Virus record (IMG/VR): IMGVR_UViG_3300036770_007999
Coordinates: 14,137 to 78,136 of that record
Direction: 5' to 3' (one strand)
DNA from: a virus
DNA length: 64,000 nucleotides
A program made the translations under genes and the position numbers. Below the pieces are notes generated by a model. It worked only from the letters and a program-made list of their open reading frames with translations, was not told where the DNA came from and did not search any database. Positions 57,556-64,000 of this stretch are shown here, piece after piece. Each line of letters begins with the position of its first letter. The stretch's first letter is position 1.

Positions 57556-57990
57556 TTATTTCATTGCTCCCAAGATTTCAAATCCTGTGATGTCTAACAT
57601 GTAAGGTTCCAATGATTCAAAATACATCCATTGAAATCCTCGATCACGATATATTGCACACTCTGTTTCCAGGCTGTGAATGCCTAATCTAAGAGCAGGA
57701 TCACGATAGTCCCAGGCAAAATGATCACTGAGCACAGAATGTGTGCCCCAACAACGCAGCATGGTCCAGGCCACTAGTTTGCCTTGATGTCGATAACCAA
57801 TCACATCGGTGCCGGATTCTCTGAAACGCTCCGGCACCATGGGTATCACGCTCTGGAAGTGCTTGTGTCGGCAGTAGTCTCTGTAGATGCGCAGCAGTTC
57901 ATGTATCGGCGGATCTTTCAACAGTTCCCAATCAGTATTGATCTCATAATTGGTCTTTACTAGATTGATGCGTCCAAACTGCCAACTCAT
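57556..57990 (-). CDS. GNAT protein resembling the C-terminal domain of arginyl/leucyl-tRNA-protein transferase (ATE1/Bpt)
   Basis: YRHQGKLVAW..FAWDYRDPALRLGIHSLETECAIYRDRGFQWMY. Confidence 0.6.
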   Translation of the reverse strand: MSWQFGRINLVKTNYEINTDWELLKDPPIHELLRIYRDYCRHKHFQSVIPMVPERFRESGTDVIGYRHQGKLVAWTMLRCWGTHSVLSDHFAWDYRDPALRLGIHSLETECAIYRDRGFQWMYFESLEPYMLDITGFEILGAMK

Positions 57991-58481
57991 GATCTAGGAT
58001 CCTGCCGGCCTTCGAACAGCACTGCGAGATATTCTTCAGGCCATCCATGATAGTAACCGCGATCGGCCAGGGCACGGGCATGTGAATTCAACTTGCCCAA
58101 GGCCTGCACGAACACTATAGCCCATGTGCCCTGATTCATAGTCACTCCGTTCACGATCTCTGGAGAGTCGGGATGGTCTGGCAGCGCGATGAGATCACGC
58201 GCGAGCAGGAATCCTTGATTGGCGCGCTGCACCAGATCTTCGAACTCGGAAGCAGCAAAATCTTTTGGATCATACACAAATGCCAGCACATCCAGTGCAG
58301 CCAGATCCACATGCATGAGATCCCAGTAAGGTTCAGTGCCTCGACGAATTGAAAACTTATTTTCTATGCGGGCACGGCGCGCATATGGACAAGGCGGCCA
58401 TGCGCTCAAGGCTGGATGAGGTTGCTCCACGAAACCAGTCAGCCAAGTCATGATGTCTTGTTGAGCTCGATCAAAATCCAT
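57987..58481 (-). CDS. DUF1415-like protein
   Basis: W..FVE..PCPYA; LPDHP; C-terminal L..RGYY..W. Start refined to MDFDRA, 1 nt after the upstream stop. Confidence 0.5.
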   Translation of the reverse strand: MDFDRAQQDIMTWLTGFVEQPHPALSAWPPCPYARRARIENKFSIRRGTEPYWDLMHVDLAALDVLAFVYDPKDFAASEFEDLVQRANQGFLLARDLIALPDHPDSPEIVNGVTMNQGTWAIVFVQALGKLNSHARALADRGYYHGWPEEYLAVLFEGRQDPRS

Positions 58482-58482
58482 G

Positions 58483-58719
58483 CTAGAAAAATGGCAGTCC
58501 TGATTTTTTTGTAGTTTCAAGATTGTCCTTGATCAAGCGACCAATGATCTCTCGCTCCTGATAGCCAAGATTCATGGCTTCGGTAAAGGTCATTCCACCG
58601 CGCATGTACCAACACATCTTGAGTGCTTCTTCACGTATCTGTTTCGACTCCTGGTCCAGTTCCTCAACGATCTTGGCGATACGGTCAGGATCAGAGACTA
58701 GGAGTCGCGTGCGAAAAAA
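58483..58719 (-). CDS. gp51-like baseplate/tail assembly ORF, probably expressed by -1 frameshift from the gp26-like gene
   Basis: Translated by hand: FFRTRLLVSDPDRIAKIVEELDQESKQIREEALKMCWYMRGGMTFTEAMNLGYQEREIIGRLIKDNLETTKKSGLPFF*. First in-frame ATG is at 58617. Confidence 0.72.
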   Translation of the reverse strand, partial: FFRTRLLVSDPDRIAKIVEELDQESKQIREEALKMCWYMRGGMTFTEAMNLGYQEREIIGRLIKDNLETTKKSGLPFF

Positions 58720-59534
58720 CGGCTCATGTCCAAGGTAAAGGCCTGCTCATATTTGTGGCTACAGCTAGGGCAGGTCATTTTTAGCGGCCTAAGTTCGCTC
58801 TGCTCTCGCAGCGCGATCACCCGGTCTCGCACAGCATTGAATACTGCGCGATCGCAGTTCTTGAGGAAATCTTCGATGTGCTCTAAGTTGTTCACGATGG
58901 TGCCAGCGGCCCTGATCTCTGTGATGCTTTCGGCCAAGGCCCGCACAGTGACATCCAGCAGGCGTTTCATCATGGCATTGAGGCGTTCCACTTTGACTTC
59001 TTCGGCTACGTCGGCTTCTGTAACCATCTGCATGGTTTTCTGCTGTTCGAACTGCACCTGGCTGCTCACAGTCATCTGTCGATAGTTCAAGGGTCGGAAG
59101 TAGAACGTGAGATCGCCAACTGTAAGCGCTTCACTGTAGTCTCCGCTGGTGAGATTGTCGATCACGGTACGCAGGTCTAGACTAAAATCGTTTTCAGTTT
59201 CGCAGGCAGGACAGGCAGTGCCTATGTCCATTTCGTGACCGTAACTAGCGATGCGTATGGCTACCAGGATGCTGTCAAAGTCTGTGGAGGGTATGGCCCA
59301 GGCATCGCGGATGTTGGGTATGCAACTCTGAATAACTGAAACCACGGCCTCTCCGTTGAACAGAGCGTCCGGAGTACGGTACGTGATCTCGTCCATGGCA
59401 GTCATGGGATACACTGGCAGTTCGCCGTTGGCTGGCAGATCCAGAGAACCAGCAGGCCAATCTTGGGGACGGCTGGTGAGCCGGATGTAGATCGCGGGCT
59501 GGCGGAAAAAACGCTGTAACGGATTGGAATCCAT
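58698..59534 (-). CDS. Baseplate hub assembly protein, T4 gp26-like
   Basis: NPLQRFFRQP..ELPVYPMTAMDE..TPDAL..LVAIRIASYG..CPAC..FRPLNY..CPSC..FF. Confidence 0.8.
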   Translation of the reverse strand: MDSNPLQRFFRQPAIYIRLTSRPQDWPAGSLDLPANGELPVYPMTAMDEITYRTPDALFNGEAVVSVIQSCIPNIRDAWAIPSTDFDSILVAIRIASYGHEMDIGTACPACETENDFSLDLRTVIDNLTSGDYSEALTVGDLTFYFRPLNYRQMTVSSQVQFEQQKTMQMVTEADVAEEVKVERLNAMMKRLLDVTVRALAESITEIRAAGTIVNNLEHIEDFLKNCDRAVFNAVRDRVIALREQSELRPLKMTCPSCSHKYEQAFTLDMSRFFARDS

Positions 59535-59548
59535 GTAGATTACCTCGG

Positions 59549-59566
59549 TAAATATAAGATTACTTA
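59549..59566. promoter_or_regulatory. Overlapping divergent late promoters (TAAATA on +, TAAGTA variant on -)
   Basis: GGTAAATA at 59547-59554 on + and TATAAGTA at 59561-59568 on -, within a 44-bp gap. Confidence 0.55.
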
Positions 59567-59578
59567 TAAGCGTATAAA

Positions 59579-61741
59579 ATGGCCGATCTAGATTCTCAGA
59601 GACTGCAACAACAGGTGGATGAACTCACCAACAAACTCAACGGCCTGTCTGCCAACTCGAACAAAGCCGCCGGTGCCACCGGCAAGGTCGCAACCAAAAA
59701 TGAACAACTGGCCGCCTCGGCTGGAACAGCCGCTGATGCGCTAACGTCACTGACCAAACAGATCTATCAAGGTCAACAAGGAGCAAAAGTATTTTCTGAC
59801 GCTGTACGGCGTGGTGCTGAAAGTGCTGCTGGCATCACCGCTGCCTTGGGCAAAAACAGCAAACTGGCTGTTGGTGCTGGCATACTAGGTGTAGGATTGG
59901 TCAAACTCGGTGCCATGGCAGCCGAGATGTCGGATGACTTGTTCAAAAGTTTCCAGGGTCTCACCCGGGTAGGTGCTGTTGGCAGCGAGGGACTGACCGG
60001 TGTTTTTGATCAACTGCAGAACTTCCGACTCAGTCTACAAGATCTAGGTCAACTCACCCAATTATTTGCAGAAAATGCCAAATCTCTAGCGCTGTTTGGC
60101 GGCACAGTCACAGCAGGTGCCAAGAGTCTGGGTCAATTGCGCAAGATTATCACCACCACTGGACTGGAAGGTGAATTCATGGCCCTGGGCATGAACACCC
60201 AGGAAATCAATGAAGCCATGGCAGGCTATGTAGCCACTCAGGTCAGCACAGGTCGCATCCAGCGCATGAACACCGACCAACTGGTGTCAGGCACCGAAGC
60301 CTATGTGAAGCAGATGGACGAGCTCACCAAGCTCACCGGTGTCAGCCGCAAAGAAGCAGAATCGCAGATCGAAGCCAACATGCGCAACGAGCGATTTGCT
60401 GCCACTGTGGAAAAGGTGCGACGCGAGCAGGGAGACGAGGCCGCCGAGAATCTTCGGCGCAACATGGCTTTCTTGTCTGCACAGTATCCAGACACTGCCG
60501 AAGGACTCAAAGACATTGCAGGCGGCTTCGTGAACACCCAGGCTGCGCAGAAGGCTTTCCTGTCAGGCTTTGGTCCTGTTACCAAGCAGCTGACCGGTGA
60601 TCTGGGCCCGGCTCTGAACACCCTGAGCCAGGCTTCTCAACGGAACACACGCAATTTTGAAAGCCTAGCCCAGGTGGGTGCGTTTGGCAATACCTTTGGT
60701 TCGTTCAACGAACAGTTGAAGATCTCCGGCCTTTCTGCCGTTGACATGGCCAAGGCCCAGGAGCAGGCGCGACAGGAACAGACCGATCAGATCAAGAACA
60801 CAGAAGAAGGAGTCAAAGCACAGATAGATCTGCGCAAGAGCCAGATGGATACCATGCAGAATCTGCAGAGATTTATTAATCTTGGTGTGAATCCGGCCAC
60901 TCAAGCGCTGGCTGGTTTGGCCAAAGCCGGCCTAGAATTAAGCAGCACTCTGCCCGGCGCCAAGGCTACCAGGGGTTACGGTCAACAAGGTACTGCTTCA
61001 TTGGGTGGCAGCCTTGCTGCTACAGGCGCTGGTGCTGCTGGTGGGGCAGTAGCCGGATTGCCAGGTGGATTGCCTGGCGTGGCCATCGGTGGTATCGTGG
61101 GTGGCATCCTAGGCAAACTGGGCTATGATCAGTTTGCTGGCGGTACTGCCGCAATCAATCCCGACGATGTGATTGAGTTCGGCAGCGGTACCGGATCTCG
61201 GCAGCACTTTGATCAACTCAGTCCTGAGGTAAGAGAACGTGCTCTGGCCATGGCCTATGCCTACAATCAAGAGACCGAAGGTCAAAAACTCCGACTTGAA
61301 TCGGCTTTCCGCAGCGCAGAAGAGCAGGCAGATCTGATCCGGCGTGGTGCACAAGGCAACCGTCCCATCGCAGAACCCGGGCAGAGCCTGCATCAGCAAG
61401 GTCGTGCGCTGGACTTTAAAACGAGGGATGTAGAGAGTCTAGAGCGCATGGGGCTGCTGAAAGAGTTTGGATTTAACCGCCTGCGAGGAGATCCACCGCA
61501 CATCTACATGCAGGATGGTGGCATCGCTTCTGGTCCCAAATCCGGCTATCAGGCCACCCTGCACGGCACCGAAGCCGTGGTGCCCTTGCCCGACGGCAAG
61601 ACCATACCTGTGACCATGCCGGAAATGTCCAGTCAGGTCAGCATGATGAGTGAGCAGATCACGCGCCTGGACGAACTGATCGCTCTGATGCGTAACGCCA
61701 ACGGCATCAGCAACAAGATCCTCCAAGCAGCCAACAACTAG
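59579..61741 (+). CDS. Tape-measure-like protein with C-terminal M15 peptidase domain
   Basis: Long Ala/Gln helical region; Gly-rich hydrophobic segment; SAFRS..Q..PGQSLHQQGRALD..DPPH; GGIASGP..LHGTEAVVPL. Confidence 0.72.
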   Translation: MADLDSQRLQQQVDELTNKLNGLSANSNKAAGATGKVATKNEQLAASAGTAADALTSLTKQIYQGQQGAKVFSDAVRRGAESAAGITAALGKNSKLAVGAGILGVGLVKLGAMAAEMSDDLFKSFQGLTRVGAVGSEGLTGVFDQLQNFRLSLQDLGQLTQLFAENAKSLALFGGTVTAGAKSLGQLRKIITTTGLEGEFMALGMNTQEINEAMAGYVATQVSTGRIQRMNTDQLVSGTEAYVKQMDELTKLTGVSRKEAESQIEANMRNERFAATVEKVRREQGDEAAENLRRNMAFLSAQYPDTAEGLKDIAGGFVNTQAAQKAFLSGFGPVTKQLTGDLGPALNTLSQASQRNTRNFESLAQVGAFGNTFGSFNEQLKISGLSAVDMAKAQEQARQEQTDQIKNTEEGVKAQIDLRKSQMDTMQNLQRFINLGVNPATQALAGLAKAGLELSSTLPGAKATRGYGQQGTASLGGSLAATGAGAAGGAVAGLPGGLPGVAIGGIVGGILGKLGYDQFAGGTAAINPDDVIEFGSGTGSRQHFDQLSPEVRERALAMAYAYNQETEGQKLRLESAFRSAEEQADLIRRGAQGNRPIAEPGQSLHQQGRALDFKTRDVESLERMGLLKEFGFNRLRGDPPHIYMQDGGIASGPKSGYQATLHGTEAVVPLPDGKTIPVTMPEMSSQVSMMSEQITRLDELIALMRNANGISNKILQAANN

Positions 61742-61744
61742 CGG

Positions 61745-61750
61745 TAAATA
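61745..61750 (+). promoter_or_regulatory. gp55-type late promoter TAAATA
   Basis: GGTAAATA, GAGGA, then portal ATG at 61769. Confidence 0.7.
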
Positions 61751-61768
61751 AGCAGCAGAGGATATCCC

Positions 61769-63589
61769 ATGGCTGAGGCACAAAAGGGCTGGAAAAAATA
61801 CTTCAAGGTAGCAAACACCGGTGGACAACTGAGTCCACTCAGTGGCCGCGGATCCGATGGCTTGCCCGGTTATGGACGTCAAGATGGTCGCAGAGATCAG
61901 AGTGATCCCTTAGCGGGCCAAGCCGACATCGTTTATCGCAACTATGCCAGCCGCTTGCCTGAGGTCTACACCGGGCATCCCAACCGGGTAGAACGCTACA
62001 ATCAGTACGAAGCCATGGACATGGATTCGGAAATCAATGCCTGCCTGGACATTATCGCAGAATTTTCTACGCAACAAACCAACAACAACAATGTGCCGTT
62101 TGAGGTGCAGTACACAGACACACCCACCGATCACGAAGTGGAGATCATCAAGAAACAGTTGCAACAGTGGGTGAAACTAAACAAGTTGGATCAGCGTATC
62201 TTCCGCATATTCCGCAACGTTATCAAGTACGGCGATCAGGTTTTTGTGCGCGATCCAGAAACCTTTGAACTGTACTGGGTAGACATGACCAAGGTTGCAC
62301 GTGTGATCGTGAACGAGTCAGAAGGCAAGCGGCCCGAGCAGTACGTGATCCGTGACATCAATCCCAACTTCCAGAATCTCACCATGGCGGCCAAGACCAC
62401 CACGGACTACCAAGCCAACCCACCGTCATCGGGCTATGTGGCACCCTACAACTACACTGTGCCTAATGCTGGAGCACAAGGCGCAGGAGCCAGCAGATTT
62501 TCCGCGGCCATGAACGAGGCAGTGTTGGATGCCAAACACGTGGTGCACCTCAGCCTCACAGAAGGACTGGATTTCTACTGGCCTTTTGGTGTGAGTGTGC
62601 TGGAAACCATATTCCGGGTGTTCAAACAGAAAGAGTTGCTGGAAGATTCTGTGTTGATCTATCGTGTGAGCCGCGCACCGGAACGCAGGATCTTCAAGAT
62701 TGACGTGGGCAACATGCCCAGCCACCTGGCCATGGCCTTCGTGGAACGTGTCAAAAACGAGATACACCAGCGGCGTATCCCATCAAACACCGGCGGCGGT
62801 CAGCACATCATGGACAGCAGTTACAATCCCTTGTCGATCAACGAAGACTACTACTTTCCCCAGACCGCAGACGGTCGCGGATCATCTGTGGAGACCTTGC
62901 CCGGCGGTTCAAATCTGGGTGAAATCGACGACCTCAAATACTTTAATAACAAGATGTGTCGCGGACTCAGGGTACCCAGTTCCTATCTGCCCACCGGACC
63001 AGATGATTCAGATCGTCCGCTCAACGACGGGCGTGTGGGCACTGCGCTGATACAGGAATATCGTTTCAATCAATACTGCGAGCGCCTGCAGCGTCTTATC
63101 GTACAGAAACTGGACGACGAGTTCAAGATGTTCATGCGCTGGCGCGGTTTCAACATCGACTCTGGCCTGTTCAACATCCAGTTCAACCCGCCGCAGAACT
63201 TTGCCTCCTATCGCGAAGCCGAACTGGACACCAGCCGTGTGAGCACTTTTGCGCAGTTGGAACAGGTGCCCTATCTCTCCAAGCGATTCCTGCTGAAACG
63301 CTATCTTGGACTCACTGAAGACGAGATCCAGGAAAACGAAAACCTCTGGCACGAGGAGCGCGACAAGCCTGAAGCACCTGCTGCTACCGGACAGGATCTG
63401 CGTGCCGTGGGTGTGACACCGGCAGATCTTGAAGCCGATATCACTGCCGGTGAAGAAATGGCCGGCTTTAGTGAACCGGGAGTGCCCGGTGCTGCTCCAG
63501 GAACCGCACCTGGACAGCAGCCTGCTGCTGGTGCAGTTCCTGCTCCTGTGGGTGGACCCGGCGGTGGTGCTACACCGGTTCCGGGCTAA
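61769..63589 (+). CDS. gp20: Portal protein, T4 gp20-like
   Basis: LLEDSVLIYRVSRAPERRIFKIDVGNMP; EDYYFP..GRGSSVETLPGG.NLGEIDDLKYF..LRVPSSYL. Confidence 0.95.
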   Translation: MAEAQKGWKKYFKVANTGGQLSPLSGRGSDGLPGYGRQDGRRDQSDPLAGQADIVYRNYASRLPEVYTGHPNRVERYNQYEAMDMDSEINACLDIIAEFSTQQTNNNNVPFEVQYTDTPTDHEVEIIKKQLQQWVKLNKLDQRIFRIFRNVIKYGDQVFVRDPETFELYWVDMTKVARVIVNESEGKRPEQYVIRDINPNFQNLTMAAKTTTDYQANPPSSGYVAPYNYTVPNAGAQGAGASRFSAAMNEAVLDAKHVVHLSLTEGLDFYWPFGVSVLETIFRVFKQKELLEDSVLIYRVSRAPERRIFKIDVGNMPSHLAMAFVERVKNEIHQRRIPSNTGGGQHIMDSSYNPLSINEDYYFPQTADGRGSSVETLPGGSNLGEIDDLKYFNNKMCRGLRVPSSYLPTGPDDSDRPLNDGRVGTALIQEYRFNQYCERLQRLIVQKLDDEFKMFMRWRGFNIDSGLFNIQFNPPQNFASYREAELDTSRVSTFAQLEQVPYLSKRFLLKRYLGLTEDEIQENENLWHEERDKPEAPAATGQDLRAVGVTPADLEADITAGEEMAGFSEPGVPGAAPGTAPGQQPAAGAVPAPVGGPGGGATPVPG

Positions 63590-63592
63590 ATA
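63587..63592 (+). promoter_or_regulatory. gp55-type late promoter TAAATA overlapping the portal stop codon
   Basis: GCTAAATA tccct ATG. Confidence 0.6.
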
Positions 63593-63597
63593 TCCCT

Positions 63598-63816
63598 ATG
63601 ATCCTGAATGAAATCTATCAAGGTGTACCTGCTGCCTACCAGGATGTAGCACAGGACAACACCCAGCCCACCCTGGGCGATCTGCGCAAGACCAAACTCA
63701 CTCTGCGCCAGATCAACAAACTGCGTCGCCTCAACGATGTCAGGACCTATGAGTTCAAAGAAAAACTCAAACGAGTACAGGCCCAGTACGCACCTCCCCC
63801 ACAACCCATGGCCTAG
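63598..63816 (+). CDS. Small head-module protein
   Basis: MILNE..RKTKLTLRQINKLR..QY; follows the portal gene with its own late promoter. Confidence 0.7.
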   Translation: MILNEIYQGVPAAYQDVAQDNTQPTLGDLRKTKLTLRQINKLRRLNDVRTYEFKEKLKRVQAQYAPPPQPMA

Positions 63817-63888
63817 ACCTTTTGGGTCTTTTTTCTGTCATAATCGGTATTTTTCTACCGATAACAACCCAGTTTTGTTCCTGTTTTG

Positions 63889-63894
63889 TAAATA
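63889..63894 (+). promoter_or_regulatory. gp55-type late promoter TAAATA
   Basis: TGTAAATA upstream of GGAGG and the ATG at 63925. Confidence 0.65.
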
Positions 63895-63924
63895 ACCTAC
63901 AGAGCCATTACTTTGGAGGGTCTC

Positions 63925-64000
63925 ATGAACAAATTTGAACAACTTATCGAATATGTGATCAACGACGAAGATGCCAAGGCGCGTGAGCTGTTTCACGACA
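63925..64000 (+). CDS. Probable prohead core/scaffold protein (3' truncated)
   Basis: GGAGG SD; MNKFEQLIEYVINDEDAKARELFHD; position after the portal gene. Confidence 0.55.
   Translation, partial: MNKFEQLIEYVINDEDAKARELFHD

Noticed and set aside
63815-63834. Terminator AGACC-TTTTG-GGTCT-TTTTT after the small head gene
   Set aside because: Only a 5-bp stem; plausible but too weak to list as a feature.
1-64000. tRNA genes, reverse transcriptase/DGR, or stop-codon recoding
   Set aside because: No cloverleaf or RT motif was seen; core genes translate full-length in the standard code with TAG, TGA and TAA all used as stops.

Overview
The window is part of a large T4-like myovirus genome, with no host genes, tRNA, rRNA, CRISPR array or transposase. 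Positions 1-21.7 kb hold a dense sugar/modification locus: DegT-family aminotransferase, NodU-type carbamoyltransferase with a 33-aa upstream ORF, seven radical SAM enzymes (five with an N-terminal twitch-type Cys domain), about eight glycosyltransferase-like proteins and an SGNH-like protein. Positions 21.8-50.7 kb (minus strand) are a tail/baseplate block: fibre proteins, a 4697-aa structural protein, and gp6-, gp25-, gp5-, gp53- and gp48/54-like genes. Positions 50.8-56.7 kb carry the gp55 late sigma factor, gp47 and gp46 (separated by an AT-rich amidinotransferase insert) and a minimal GIY-YIG nuclease. Directly after the nuclease is a ~480-nt non-coding, highly structured element with twin GTGTGAC-N10-GGATGAT motifs. 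The end of the window has a gp26/gp51-like pair joined by a likely -1 frameshift, a tape-measure-like protein with an M15 peptidase domain, and the portal gp20. Best novel-system candidates: (1) the GIY-YIG + large structured RNA module, (2) the multi-radical-SAM glycan/hypermodification locus, (3) the lambda G/GT-like frameshift in gp26/gp51. All family calls come from motif recognition by eye; no database searches were run.
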